In this document: positions 1 to 9,924 of the stretch, one piece after another
Layout of the letters: every line of letters starts with the position of its first letter
Position numbering within the stretch: position 1 is the first letter of the stretch
From: a virus
DNA: 53,402 bases
Direction: 5' to 3' (one strand)
Virus record (IMG/VR): IMGVR_UViG_3300017782_000022
Location: 1-53,402 of that record
The notes under the pieces: model-generated
What the model saw: the letters and a program-made list of their open reading frames with translations, nothing else
The model's database searches: none
Told to the model about the DNA's origin: nothing
Made by a program: the position numbers and the translations under genes

Positions 1-123
1 TAGAACCAGAGACTTTTAAGTCACCTGAAATAGTTACTTGAGCAAACGTTACACTAGCACTTGTTGCTACATCCTGACCAATTGCTATATTACCAGCATT
101 GGCAGTTACACCAGTACCACCTA
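1..123. repeat. Terminal direct repeat identical to 53280-53402 (contig-end overlap; unit genome 53,279 bp)
   Basis: Read directly: the string tagaaccagagacttttaagtcacctgaaatag...cagtaccaccta is present at both window ends, 123/123 identical. Confidence 0.95.
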
Positions 124-1003
124 CAACATTTAAAGTAGGATTAATACTACTTGTACCAGTCTGTGTCATTCCATTTCCAGCAGTTACTGAAGTTACTGTA
201 CCAACAGTAGCTGACTTTGAGTTTATTTGAGTCTGGATATCAGAAGAAACTCCATCTAAGTAATTAAACTCAGTTGCTGTAACTCCAGTGTCATACAAAG
301 CTTTAGCGTAGTTTAAATCAGTACTGTCACCAGTAAAGCCATCTATCTTATTTATTTCAGTTGCTGTTGCAGAAATAGCAGTTGAACCAATATAAAGGTC
401 ATTAAGAACCCGCATATCTCTACCCCAAACTTCACCAAATACTTTACCATTTGCACCTAAGTGAACGGCTCTATCTGTTATTGGTCTTAAAACGTCTACA
501 CCTGAACTTTGATTAATAAATTCAAGAGTTTCTGTTGAGGTAACACCAAATTCAATACCTGCTGTATTTAAACCGCCTTGAAAATCTATATGAGCGGCGG
601 ACGTCCCGACACCTAATTTTAAAGATGAAGAATAAATTGAGCCTATAGTAGTTTGATTTGCACCTACACTTAAAGTTGGAGTACCTGAAGTACCACCTCC
701 TGATAGACCTGTTCCTGCTGTTACGCCTTCAATATCACCAGAAGCCGCAGATGCCCATGCAGGTACGCCTGAACCTCCTACTGTCAATACTTGACCTGAT
801 GAACCAATTCCTAGTTTTGATAGTGCACCAGCACTACTTGCGTACACTACGTCTCCAGTAGTATAACTTGTTAGATTTGTACCTCCCTTAGCCACAGCAA
901 GAGTAGCTGATAATCCTGCCGCAGTTCCAGAAGTATTCTGGTTAAGCGTAGGAAAATCACCTGTTGCTGAAGATTCGTGAAGGAGTTTTTTCCATGTAGC
1001 CAT
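1..1003 (-). CDS. Tail fibre protein, N-terminal part (ORF exits the left edge in frame and continues 53279->52882; about 466 aa when joined)
   Basis: ATG at 1003-1001 in a TAATG overlap with the upstream stop. Hand translation: MATWKKLLHESSATGDFPTLNQNTSGTAAGLSAT... The track shows no competing ORF over most of this span. The frame matches the ORF ending at 52882 once the 123-nt overlap is collapsed. It shares the MATWKK N-terminus with 51495..52622. Confidence 0.8.
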   Translation of the reverse strand, partial: MATWKKLLHESSATGDFPTLNQNTSGTAAGLSATLAVAKGGTNLTSYTTGDVVYASSAGALSKLGIGSSGQVLTVGGSGVPAWASAASGDIEGVTAGTGLSGGGTSGTPTLSVGANQTTIGSIYSSSLKLGVGTSAAHIDFQGGLNTAGIEFGVTSTETLEFINQSSGVDVLRPITDRAVHLGANGKVFGEVWGRDMRVLNDLYIGSTAISATATEINKIDGFTGDSTDLNYAKALYDTGVTATEFNYLDGVSSDIQTQINSKSATVGTVTSVTAGNGMTQTGTSSINPTLNVVGGTGVTANAGNIAIGQDVATSASVTFAQVTISGDLKVSGS

Positions 1004-1209
1004 TAGATGACCTCCTTGTGTTTCATTAGTGTTTCCATCTTACCTTGAAGTTTTATTTTAAGTTGTAGGGCCAACTCCAAGAATTTACCTTGATGGACTC
1101 CTTCGTCTATCATGCGTAACATAAACCCTACCTCTTTAACGTTTAAACTTAAATCTGGCTCTACTTTATCTTTAGCCAAAGCTTTTTTTCTCCACTCTTG
1201 TTCTGGCAT
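1003..1209 (-). CDS. Small protein preceding a fibre gene; paralog of 52626..52856
   Basis: 68-aa ORF with 1-nt TAATG coupling on both sides. By eye it shares EP..L...V.F..MID....G with the 76-aa ORF that precedes the other MATWKK fibre. Confidence 0.7.
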   Translation of the reverse strand: MPEQEWRKKALAKDKVEPDLSLNVKEVGFMLRMIDEGVHQGKFLELALQLKIKLQGKMETLMKHKEVI

Positions 1210-1568
1210 TATTGAACACCTAAATACAAAGTATCGTTTTTATAATACAACCCACCCTCTACTGCGGTAGGATTACCTGCTTGTTCTTTTAAGACTAGTA
1301 CTCCATTAAAATCTACAGCAAATTTAACATCACCTTCATTAGAAAACTGAGCTAAATTTCCAGAGGTTAATGCACTACTTACACTAGCTGAATCAGTAGA
1401 TTCAAATTCAAATCTTCCGTCATTGTCAGCATCTGTGCCTCCTATTCCAGCTAAGTCTAAAACCTCTATATCGGTAGTCCCATTATCATAATATAGCTTA
1501 TCATCAGCCTTTCTAAATATCAAGCTTGTATAAGCACTTGATATTACTGTATCTGTTAAAAATGACAT
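1209..1568 (-). CDS. Hypothetical virion/tail-module protein
   Basis: 119-aa ORF with SD GGAGG upstream of the ATG (read on the minus strand at 1569-1580). Stop coupled to the next gene. Confidence 0.75.
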   Translation of the reverse strand: MSFLTDTVISSAYTSLIFRKADDKLYYDNGTTDIEVLDLAGIGGTDADNDGRFEFESTDSASVSSALTSGNLAQFSNEGDVKFAVDFNGVLVLKEQAGNPTAVEGGLYYKNDTLYLGVQ

Positions 1569-1576
1569 CTTACCTC

Positions 1577-1798
1577 CTATGCCGGTGTAAACGTTACTTC
1601 TATTGAGTCAACGGGTGAAAAAATTGAGTTTGTACTATCTACTGGAGTAAAAATTGTATTTAAAGGGTCTACGCCACTATAAATATCATCAATACTAAGT
1701 GAATGAAAGAAAGAATCAGTTATACTTGGAAATAATATTCCAGTTAACTGCGCAAATGTAAAAGAACCTACGTTTGTTCCTGTATATCCTTCAGGCAT
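1577..1798 (-). CDS. Hypothetical small structural-module protein
   Basis: 73-aa ORF, TAATG-coupled to the upstream gene, in a co-directional structural block. Confidence 0.65.
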   Translation of the reverse strand: MPEGYTGTNVGSFTFAQLTGILFPSITDSFFHSLSIDDIYSGVDPLNTIFTPVDSTNSIFSPVDSIEVTFTPA

Positions 1799-2265
1799 TA
1801 AAACTCCACTGGGTTTATGTTTATAGGTGCTCCACTTCTAGCTTGGTAAGCAAACCTCTTGCCTAACTTAACACCTTTTTCAAATTTTTGATTATAATAC
1901 TGAGCAATATCTAATTGAGCTTTCTTTTCGTGACCAAGCTGGATAGCTCTGTCTACAAGATACTCATGATATTGTTCTGGTATGTCACTTCTTTGTCCTA
2001 GAAAATCAGCACCTACTTCATAACTTCCTGCACTACCTGAAACAGTTGCACCAAGATACTGACTTCCACTTACTGCCCTATCATCTACAGATTGACCTTC
2101 AAATTTAAAAGGGTCTGCTTTTTTATAGTAATAGATATGAACATCCTTACTAGAATCTGTAGGAGAGGTATATCTGTCTGCGCCATGCTTAGAAGAATCA
2201 TAATAAGCAACCCAAATTGCCCCTCTTTCTGTCCAATAAACGTATTGTGCGTTAATTCTTGCCAT
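1798..2265 (-). CDS. Hypothetical head-tail/tail-module protein
   Basis: 155-aa ORF with 1-nt start-stop overlaps on both sides. Confidence 0.75.
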   Translation of the reverse strand: MARINAQYVYWTERGAIWVAYYDSSKHGADRYTSPTDSSKDVHIYYYKKADPFKFEGQSVDDRAVSGSQYLGATVSGSAGSYEVGADFLGQRSDIPEQYHEYLVDRAIQLGHEKKAQLDIAQYYNQKFEKGVKLGKRFAYQARSGAPININPVEF

Positions 2266-2528
2266 TATGTTAAATCCCTATGTTCAGGTCGACCAGCGAG
2301 TCGCTTTATACTTTTACCATCAAAGTCAACAGAGCGTATTTCCAGTATGTGGTCAGCAAGTTTGTAGCCCCGCTGGTTCGCCTGAATATCAAATTTATCA
2401 GCAGATTCTAAAATCTTAGTTCTTGCAGAAAACTCATCCTGTGCTCTATTTAAAAGCTTCATAGCTTCTATTGTTCCTATTTCTGGGTGTTGTTGATTTA
2501 TAATCTCAACCATTTCTTTAAGTTTCAT
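2265..2528 (-). CDS. Hypothetical head-tail connector-module protein
   Basis: 87-aa ORF, coupled to its neighbours. Confidence 0.7.
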   Translation of the reverse strand: MKLKEMVEIINQQHPEIGTIEAMKLLNRAQDEFSARTKILESADKFDIQANQRGYKLADHILEIRSVDFDGKSIKRLAGRPEHRDLT

Positions 2529-2529
2529 A

Positions 2530-2874
2530 TTAGTACCTACTAGCTCCAGTTTCTTTATAATGCCGGTCTAAGTCATTCATTGCTTCTATTATTCTTTGAC
2601 GACCACCGGGTTGGTCATACATAGTAAACATCTTAAGGGCTGGTTGGTCTTTTCTAGGAACACTTTGCCATCTAATGCGAAGCTGTGCGTCATCTACTAA
2701 TTGCTCTGGAGTAGTTTTTGCTATCTTTGCAGACCTTGATAATTGTTGTCCATTTTTACTAAGTATGCTTTTAGCTCTTTGCATAGTCATATTTATCCAA
2801 TCAGGAGTTTTACGCAATTGTCTTAGATTTGATACTATCGCTCTAAATCCTTGGGGGGAGCCTAGAAAAGCCAT
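2530..2874 (-). CDS. Hypothetical head-tail connector-module protein
   Basis: 114-aa ORF, coupled to its neighbours. Confidence 0.7.
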   Translation of the reverse strand: MAFLGSPQGFRAIVSNLRQLRKTPDWINMTMQRAKSILSKNGQQLSRSAKIAKTTPEQLVDDAQLRIRWQSVPRKDQPALKMFTMYDQPGGRQRIIEAMNDLDRHYKETGASRY

Positions 2875-3599
2875 TACTCTTTCCTCTCCCTTGTCATTCC
2901 TTCAAACTGGAACATTTGGTCGTACTCTTGAGCTATAATTTGTCTTTGGCTTTGTAGCCATTTATAATCTAATGCAAACTGTTGTTGTTCAGCGCTCATT
3001 GCACCTGATTTTGCTGATGCTAGTTCTACATCCTCATCATCTTCTATATAGTATCTAACTTTTTCCCATCCTTGAGAATTTTCACTAGGAGCACTATGAG
3101 AAGCGTCAAAGCTATCACTTATTGTAGCCAACGTGTCTCTCATGTCCATTAATTTTTTATCACATAATTTTTTAGCAGAATATAAAATTACTGCTCTATA
3201 CCATTCTTTTGGGAAGTTAGCTATAGCAGAAGTAGTCTGATTGGCGTTAGATACGGCCCCATACTGCACAATATTAGCTGAGGCACTAGTACCACTAGCA
3301 AATTGAGTTTGGAGCGGTATAACTGTATTACCACTTACATTCCCTAAACTATCATCAAAGTTTGTTTGTAAGTTGCCAGTTATCGTAGATACTAATTTAA
3401 AAGTATTTAAAGCTGGAGGCGTTGCTCCAGTATTAGTGCTTCTGTAAACTTTTCTACTCTTAATATCTAACAAGTCTTCTCTAGGAGGATTGTACAATCT
3501 TATACTAGTAGCTGTTCCGGTAACACTAGACACTTTTGAGGGCCCGGTTTCCTTGTCCTCTGAATCAATGTAAGTAAATCTGTAGTGATAAGTAGCCAT
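2874..3599 (-). CDS. Hypothetical virion structural protein
   Basis: 241-aa ORF with 1-nt overlaps at both ends. Lies between the capsid and tail genes. Confidence 0.75.
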   Translation of the reverse strand: MATYHYRFTYIDSEDKETGPSKVSSVTGTATSIRLYNPPREDLLDIKSRKVYRSTNTGATPPALNTFKLVSTITGNLQTNFDDSLGNVSGNTVIPLQTQFASGTSASANIVQYGAVSNANQTTSAIANFPKEWYRAVILYSAKKLCDKKLMDMRDTLATISDSFDASHSAPSENSQGWEKVRYYIEDDEDVELASAKSGAMSAEQQQFALDYKWLQSQRQIIAQEYDQMFQFEGMTRERKE

Positions 3600-4135
3600 T
3601 ATAGTCCTGAATTTACAGGTGCATCACCCTTAATAGCTGTAGAAATCTTCTTACTAGTAGAAGTTTTTTGACCAGTCTGAGCTTTTTTGTTCTTACCTTG
3701 ATTTGTTGAACTTTGACCATTTAGCTCTAAAATACAAGCATCAACTACATCGTCACTAGGAGCTTGGATATATGTATCGCCACCCGGAATTACATGAAGA
3801 GTTTGATTCATTGTATAATAGACAGGAGCAGTACTGTGAGCATAGTATATACTATCTACATCCCAAGCATTAAACCTTTCTTTTGGTTCTATTTCATGTG
3901 CACTAAATCCTGCTAAATTGACATCAAGTATCTTAGCTGTATCTGTTAAAGATAAGCCTCCAGAAGGCACAGCAACTTCATTAGAAAATTGCTTTAAAAG
4001 CTCAGGCTTTACAGCGGCTATTCTTTGTATTACGTCTCTTACTCCATCTGAGTAAAACTGAGGTAATTCACTAGAATAGGCAGTTATAGGCCCTGCTAAG
4101 AATTTGACTTGGTCATCAAATGATACATCAGCCAT
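3599..4135 (-). CDS. Hypothetical virion structural protein
   Basis: 178-aa ORF coupled to its neighbours. Ser/Thr/Lys-rich C-terminal tail. Confidence 0.75.
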   Translation of the reverse strand: MADVSFDDQVKFLAGPITAYSSELPQFYSDGVRDVIQRIAAVKPELLKQFSNEVAVPSGGLSLTDTAKILDVNLAGFSAHEIEPKERFNAWDVDSIYYAHSTAPVYYTMNQTLHVIPGGDTYIQAPSDDVVDACILELNGQSSTNQGKNKKAQTGQKTSTSKKISTAIKGDAPVNSGL

Positions 4136-4266
4136 TACTTCTTAGCCTTTTTCTTTTTACTTGTACCTCTTTTCTTACGAGTATCTGGCTTTTCGCCTTC
4201 CCACTTTTTTCCGGGAGTTGTACTTGTTATTAATTGAGTGCTCACTTTTATCTTTGGATTATTCAT
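4135..4266 (-). CDS. Tiny lysine-rich protein (43 aa), below the ORF-track cutoff
   Basis: Hand translation codon by codon: MNNPKIKVSTQLITSTTPGKKWEGEKPDTRKKRGTSKKKKAKK*. GGAG lies 6 nt upstream of the ATG. The stop overlaps the next ATG (TAATG). Confidence 0.5.
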   Translation of the reverse strand: MNNPKIKVSTQLITSTTPGKKWEGEKPDTRKKRGTSKKKKAKK

Positions 4267-4275
4267 TTATAACTC

Positions 4276-4551
4276 CTATTCGTAATAAACAACTGCTTTA
4301 CCAGCTGATAAAGTAATTTTTAAACTAGCGTCAAAGGCAACTGGTTGATTAAACCAAATACTATTTTTATTAACAAAAGCAATGTTTGTTGTATTATCAG
4401 TTATTTTACCAACAGCTTCAAAATCTGCAGAAAACCCCCAAAGCAAACCAGCATTATTTAATACTGTTACAGCGTTTGTACCAGAAATAGCTTTTGATTT
4501 TACTTTTTGAGCGCTAGAATTTCCATAAAATGTTTTTTCTATTGCGGCCAT
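4276..4551 (-). CDS. Hypothetical small virion protein
   Basis: 91-aa ORF just downstream of the terminator-like hairpin, in the structural block. Confidence 0.7.
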   Translation of the reverse strand: MAAIEKTFYGNSSAQKVKSKAISGTNAVTVLNNAGLLWGFSADFEAVGKITDNTTNIAFVNKNSIWFNQPVAFDASLKITLSAGKAVVYYE

Positions 4552-4561
4552 TATATTATTC

Positions 4562-4593
4562 CTTATTTAAAGACAGGGGGCATAAAGCCCCCT
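4562..4593 (-). terminator. Intrinsic terminator/attenuator after the capsid-decoration genes
   Basis: On the minus-strand RNA: AGGGGGC-UUUAU-GCCCCCU, a 7-bp GC stem pairing 4575-4581 with 4587-4593. It is followed by GUCUUUAAAU. Confidence 0.55.
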
Positions 4594-4604
4594 ATCCATT
4601 GTTG

Positions 4605-5078
4605 TTAAGAAGGGTCAATCCCTATTCCACCTACGGTCATACCAATCCCAGATGACTTTCCATCATACCAAATTTCAGTAGCTTCAGTAATAGCACTAGT
4701 GCCATCAGCCGCTGTATACAGAATACGAACATATTCTGCACTCTTTGGAAGAAGAAAAGCCTCGAGTGTATCGTCATCCATAGCTCCAGTGGCGGCATCG
4801 CCTTCTGTTGCTTTGGCGGCAACCCATGTCTGAGAACCAAGTTCTCTTCCATTTGGGTCTGCCCCAATACCTCCGATTGAGATAACAGAAGAATCTAAAG
4901 TATACTGCAAAACAGCAGTAACTCCAGTTGATTCATCTGCCTTGGCAAATACCATACCTTTACCTTTTACAGCTAAAGAACTCCCAGCAGTACTAACTGC
5001 ACTACCAGAAGCCGCCGCAACGGCAACATCTTCAGAAGCTATTATATAACCTTCTGATGTACTATATGCAAATGCCAT
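4605..5078 (-). CDS. Putative capsid decoration/accessory protein
   Basis: 157-aa Ala/Gly/Ser/Thr-rich ORF directly after the major capsid gene and followed by a hairpin. The call rests on position only. Confidence 0.45.
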   Translation of the reverse strand: MAFAYSTSEGYIIASEDVAVAAASGSAVSTAGSSLAVKGKGMVFAKADESTGVTAVLQYTLDSSVISIGGIGADPNGRELGSQTWVAAKATEGDAATGAMDDDTLEAFLLPKSAEYVRILYTAADGTSAITEATEIWYDGKSSGIGMTVGGIGIDPS

Positions 5079-5089
5079 AGATTACCTCC

Positions 5090-6439
5090 TTAAGACCATT
5101 TCATAACAGCGTGAGTTTCAGGTAAAGAAATCTCAAGACCAGCTTCGGTCATTACGATGTCTTTTCTTCCGTCTACGTTGTTATTCTGTACGTTAGTAAT
5201 AATGTGAGTGTCCCTTGAAACACCATTGCCAGCAAGTGGTCTATAAGCTACATTAGCCATATCTACTGCTACACAATAGTTCTCATAAGGCCCACGAAGT
5301 AGTGGGTCAGCAACAAAATGAAGATTACCAAAGATGGTATTCACCATAGTTACCTGATGTCCAAAAGCACCTTTGATGCTTTGAACGTCTAGGCTGTACT
5401 GAGAAGAACCTACACTATTATTTAAGAAAGAACCAGAACCTAACTTGTTCAAGTAAGATATAACCTTACGAGAAGCAAGTACAAGCTTGTTTCCAGAGTT
5501 ACCAGACTCAGGTGCAAAATAATCTTCCATTGCATCTAAGAAAGCATCATACCCTGAAGAAGCGTAAGCAAAATTATAAATTTTACCATTTGCTTCAGTG
5601 TAAGGGATAATACCATGTGTGCGTCTAGCCGGGCCACCAGAAGCTGATTCATCAGCTCCACCTAAACTAAAAAGCATTGCGTGCTCTAAGTCCATTTTGT
5701 GTTCCATTAGCTTTTCCTGCCACACTCTTTTATACTCATCAGCTTTCCCTCTGTAACGAGTGGCTAGAGCTGTTCCAGAGAACATAGGAATACCAGTTTT
5801 AAAAATCTGGCAATATCCTTCTCTGTCAAACATCTCATCACGCCATCCATCAGGGTCAGTTGAACCCTCAGCATATACACTACCAATCAATTGAATTTTA
5901 GCGTCAGCGGCTAAAGAAATTGATGTGTTTGCTGAGCCGTCCATATCCATTAAACCTAAACGTATAGCGGCGGCATCACCTGAGCCACCAGTACCAGTTC
6001 CTGCTGGAATTACGTTTTTGATTCTGTATCTTTCTACGCTAGATGCGCCTTGTACTGCAATTACCGAATCTTTAACAAAAAATTCTGGTGCAACTGCGGT
6101 TGAAACAGCCTTTCCGTACTTGTCGTAGTTACAATCAACTAAGATACCACCTGCGGCGGCGTCATTAGCTGTTTTAGCTGTAGCTACTCCAGTAGCATTA
6201 GAAATGGTAGCTTTCACTGCGGCATTTCTACGTTGCCACTGATGACGTTGTACAAGAAACTTGAAAACAGGGTCATCAGTAGACTTCTTTGCTACTTTTG
6301 ACAAATAAACAAAGAAAGGAGACTGCTGTGGTGCGAGTTCTGCAACTCGCTCACCGAAATTAAACATTCGGCGGTTATCGTTGATAGACACTGAGCCATT
6401 TACATCTACGCCCGGGTCTATACTATATTGATTAGCCAT
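5090..6439 (-). CDS. Major capsid protein (putative)
   Basis: 449-aa ORF in the canonical terminase-portal-scaffold-capsid order. The call rests on size and position; no motif was verified. Confidence 0.7.
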   Translation of the reverse strand: MANQYSIDPGVDVNGSVSINDNRRMFNFGERVAELAPQQSPFFVYLSKVAKKSTDDPVFKFLVQRHQWQRRNAAVKATISNATGVATAKTANDAAAGGILVDCNYDKYGKAVSTAVAPEFFVKDSVIAVQGASSVERYRIKNVIPAGTGTGGSGDAAAIRLGLMDMDGSANTSISLAADAKIQLIGSVYAEGSTDPDGWRDEMFDREGYCQIFKTGIPMFSGTALATRYRGKADEYKRVWQEKLMEHKMDLEHAMLFSLGGADESASGGPARRTHGIIPYTEANGKIYNFAYASSGYDAFLDAMEDYFAPESGNSGNKLVLASRKVISYLNKLGSGSFLNNSVGSSQYSLDVQSIKGAFGHQVTMVNTIFGNLHFVADPLLRGPYENYCVAVDMANVAYRPLAGNGVSRDTHIITNVQNNNVDGRKDIVMTEAGLEISLPETHAVMKWS

Positions 6440-6491
6440 GCTAAACCTCTTTATCTTTTAACTAATCATCATTTCGTCCAAGGAAACTATT

Positions 6492-7484
6492 TTACTTCCA
6501 CGGATTCTTCGACTCATAGTTTGTTATTATATCGTTCATAATTGAGTCCTCAGTCGACTGTGAAGTCGCCTCATTCGAGGAGTTCAATACACCCATGGGC
6601 GATGGAATACTTTGTGCATTCTTCGTTTGTTGAAACTCAGGGCTCGGAGGAGGTACCTGTGTCTTAACTGGAGGATTCACATTTAGTTGTCCATTTTCCA
6701 TTTGATAAAGCTTCCAGAGATTATCAAGGGATACAGATGATGGGTCAGACATTTTTTCAATAAAATCAGCGACTACGTTTTCATCAGTTACTCCATGAGT
6801 ATCCGCAATATGCTTCCGAACACTTTGCATAGAATCTTGACGCTCTTGCTGAGCTCTCAATGTGTCTTGCCTTTGTTTTTCTGCTTTTTGCATAGTCTCA
6901 CGTTCTGCTTGTAACATAGCACCTTGGTATTCTACATATAAACGATTATACTCGTCCATATCGTCCCTCCAACTGTCAATATCATCAAGATATTGTGCTG
7001 AATCTGAATTAGGGTCTTCACTAGCATCTGCCCTATTAAATCCTCTGGGCTTTTGTGGCTTGTCAGGAGCACTAGGAAACTCTTCAACTGGTTCTTCCTT
7101 TGCAGGTTCTACTGCTTGCTGAGGTGTTTGAGCAGGTTGTTGCATTGTAGAAATCAATTGATTCTTCAATTCTTCGTTCTGCTTTTGCATCTCAGTAACC
7201 GTGTTTTTCATCTTATCAGCTTCAGATTGCCAGTATTGAAAACGAGTTGTATCGTTATCTGCTGGTGCTTCTTGAGCTGGTTGTTGAGTTCCTTCTTTAT
7301 CTCCATTTTCAATTGGGGCCGCTAAAGGTCTTGCTTCTTGGGGTGCCCATATAGAGTCCTGATTTTCGCCTCCAAATATAGCTTCTTCTATAGAGTCCTG
7401 TTCACTATCTACCTGTGGAGCCTCTAATTGAGGTTCTGGTGCAGGAGTTTGAACTGGAGTGTCTATTATTTCTTGTTCTGCCAT
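6492..7484 (-). CDS. Scaffolding protein (putative)
   Basis: 330-aa Glu/Gln/Asp/Pro-rich, predicted helical protein between the portal and capsid genes. Confidence 0.6.
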   Translation of the reverse strand: MAEQEIIDTPVQTPAPEPQLEAPQVDSEQDSIEEAIFGGENQDSIWAPQEARPLAAPIENGDKEGTQQPAQEAPADNDTTRFQYWQSEADKMKNTVTEMQKQNEELKNQLISTMQQPAQTPQQAVEPAKEEPVEEFPSAPDKPQKPRGFNRADASEDPNSDSAQYLDDIDSWRDDMDEYNRLYVEYQGAMLQAERETMQKAEKQRQDTLRAQQERQDSMQSVRKHIADTHGVTDENVVADFIEKMSDPSSVSLDNLWKLYQMENGQLNVNPPVKTQVPPPSPEFQQTKNAQSIPSPMGVLNSSNEATSQSTEDSIMNDIITNYESKNPWK

Positions 7485-7502
7485 TCTTGTTTTCCTGTTG
7501 TT

Positions 7503-9884
7503 TTAGGAGTCCTTCTTTTTCTTACCAGACGAAGGAGTGTCCTGTTTCTTGTCCTTTGAAGCCTCTCTGACTTCCTTGGCTATTTGTCCGGTTGCATCGT
7601 TAAGTCTTTTTTCAAATACAGTTCCAGCCGCTCTCGCTTTGCTTGACTGAGAATCTAAATCAGACTTAAATTTTTCTAATTCAGCTTTTTGCTTAGCGTG
7701 ATATACTTCTCGCTCTCTTGTTTGCAAATCGCCTTCCATATCTTTTATTTGCTCTTGTAAAGACTGTAATTGCTCCTCTAACTTTCCAATGTAATCAGTT
7801 CTTTCCATTACACCTTCAACATCAAAAATCTCAGTCTTCTTTAGAACTTCTTGCCTATCAATTATTTGATTCTTATAAGCATCCATGTAAAGTTCTAATT
7901 GAGCATATCTATTAGTTGGTAAGGTACTACCTGTAACAACTACTACGTCATAAGAGCCAACTCCTATGTCGTTTAATTTTTTAATCTCACCTGTCTTGTC
8001 ATCAACCATTCTTTTATTTATCATATACTCTGACATAGTTTGATTAGGATTAATTAATCTAAAAAGTTTTTCTGACTTATACAACTGTTGAGCCATAGGA
8101 ATTGCTACTTCTCCACATCTTTTTAATCCAGCTTCAATATCCATTAATTTAGACCGTATCTTCCGTTGCCCAAACTCATCAAGAGATACAGTTGCCTTGT
8201 ATGTATGAGGCGCAACATCAGAGTTACCCATCATTAGTTCATATAAGCCTAACTGGTGGTCGATATCGTTTTTTGCTGTATTTTCATTTTGATATAATTC
8301 GTTAGGCAACGGAGTCGGCTGTACTGGCTGAGGGGCACCTTGGTCAAAATCAACCTCGATGGCTACTCCCGGTTGAGCCCATTTTTGCTCAAACTCTCGC
8401 ATATCCACACTACCAGAAGGTACTAATATTTTTACATTAGTACTTGTAGTAGCATGAGCTATTATAAGACTCCTAGTCTTGTTTATGTATTCTTGCATAC
8501 CCTTTACCATTCTGACATCACCAATAGGATAAGGTGTGCGAGTGTGCTGATTCATAAACAAGACAATAGGATATTTATCTGTAGGTAATACCCTGCTATA
8601 GAGATATTTATCTCCCATTATTACGCATTGCTTAATTCTTTCTTGATTGATTTTAACAGTTTCAATCTGTTTTTCTCTTAATAAGTCATCTTTTGTTATT
8701 TCCTCTATCTGAGGAGGAAGAAGTTGCTCCATCTGAGCTTCAAACTGCTTTTGAGCTTGCTCTGCTTCTCCTTCTTGACTTTTCTGTAAATCCTGTAATT
8801 GTAATTCCATTCTTTCTGGAACCATATTGCCCATTTCAACTTGCTCTGCAAGCTTTTCTTGCATTTCTATATACTGGACTCCATGCTCTTGACCCATTCT
8901 AGATAGAGCATATTCACCTTTTTCAGATATCTTTTTTAATTCTAGTTGATATTCTCTCTCAAATTTTTCAGATTCCTGCTCTACAATGCTTGCGTCTTCT
9001 ACTACTTGACCATTAATCTTCCAAACTCTTGTCTGCTTGTACTCTTCGTACTCTCTACCTTCTTCAAGAAGATGTTCTTTGCCGTTGTATTTTTCGTATA
9101 CTCTATAAAGATTGACTGCAATTTTCATATAACGCTCGTAACCACGAACATATTCATCATTATCTCCCCATCCTACAGAATTTGTTTTAGTTTCTGTATC
9201 TTCTGGGAATACTAACTCACCATCATCTTCTCTATCTGTTGACGGTCTGTCAGTGTATTGGTCTGATTCAGACTGCTTAATTGCATCTTGATACATAGGA
9301 TAAAGCTTCATAGCCTGCTTCCTAGTATACATTCTTGATATTATAATATTTTCTGCGTCATCTCCAAATCTATCTCTAGCATTAGGGTCAATGTAAATAT
9401 CTAGAGGGTCAATGTCTTTCATACAGACTTCACCCTTACCATAATCTTTTGTGGGGTCTTGGTAAACTAAAAGAGCGCCAAGTCCAGTAACATAGTAATC
9501 ATCTACAACATTTCTTAATGCTGTATCACCATCGCTAATTTGCCAGATATATTCCAACAAACCATTAAGTACCTGAGCTATTTTATTATCACTATCTTCA
9601 CGAGGAGAGACTCGGAATGAAGGTCTTTTTGAGGTTAATAAAGCCTTGGCAGACTCAACTGCTGGATGGATTCGATTTACTACAACTGGAGCTTGGCCAC
9701 GTTCTTCTAAAATTCTTCTTTGCTCAGCTGTCCACTGTTTTCCTAATCTAAACTCTCTATCTTCTTGTGCGTGTAACGCCCAATTGTCTCTTTTAGTCGA
9801 GTACATACGAAAAGTATCTTGTGTATCATTCACAAGCTCCTTTTGTTCATCCTCTGACTGTGGAGTTTTATATGCTTCTATCAT
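7503..9884 (-). CDS. Portal protein (putative)
   Basis: 793-aa ORF immediately downstream of the large terminase, with a long charged coiled C-terminal tail. The call rests on size and synteny. Confidence 0.7.
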   Translation of the reverse strand: MIEAYKTPQSEDEQKELVNDTQDTFRMYSTKRDNWALHAQEDREFRLGKQWTAEQRRILEERGQAPVVVNRIHPAVESAKALLTSKRPSFRVSPREDSDNKIAQVLNGLLEYIWQISDGDTALRNVVDDYYVTGLGALLVYQDPTKDYGKGEVCMKDIDPLDIYIDPNARDRFGDDAENIIISRMYTRKQAMKLYPMYQDAIKQSESDQYTDRPSTDREDDGELVFPEDTETKTNSVGWGDNDEYVRGYERYMKIAVNLYRVYEKYNGKEHLLEEGREYEEYKQTRVWKINGQVVEDASIVEQESEKFEREYQLELKKISEKGEYALSRMGQEHGVQYIEMQEKLAEQVEMGNMVPERMELQLQDLQKSQEGEAEQAQKQFEAQMEQLLPPQIEEITKDDLLREKQIETVKINQERIKQCVIMGDKYLYSRVLPTDKYPIVLFMNQHTRTPYPIGDVRMVKGMQEYINKTRSLIIAHATTSTNVKILVPSGSVDMREFEQKWAQPGVAIEVDFDQGAPQPVQPTPLPNELYQNENTAKNDIDHQLGLYELMMGNSDVAPHTYKATVSLDEFGQRKIRSKLMDIEAGLKRCGEVAIPMAQQLYKSEKLFRLINPNQTMSEYMINKRMVDDKTGEIKKLNDIGVGSYDVVVVTGSTLPTNRYAQLELYMDAYKNQIIDRQEVLKKTEIFDVEGVMERTDYIGKLEEQLQSLQEQIKDMEGDLQTREREVYHAKQKAELEKFKSDLDSQSSKARAAGTVFEKRLNDATGQIAKEVREASKDKKQDTPSSGKKKKDS

Positions 9885-9924
9885 AACCTCAAAAAGTTCG
9901 TTTTTCCCTGAACAAACTTAAGCA

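Noticed and set aside
4637-4867. Same-strand nested ORFs inside larger genes (4637..4867, 10281..10496, 10989..11171, 11208..11414, 31671..31874, 44656..44841, 48393..48728, 50322..50522)
   Set aside because: Each lies wholly within a longer, functionally coherent ORF in another frame. None has an independent RBS or a conserved-looking sequence.
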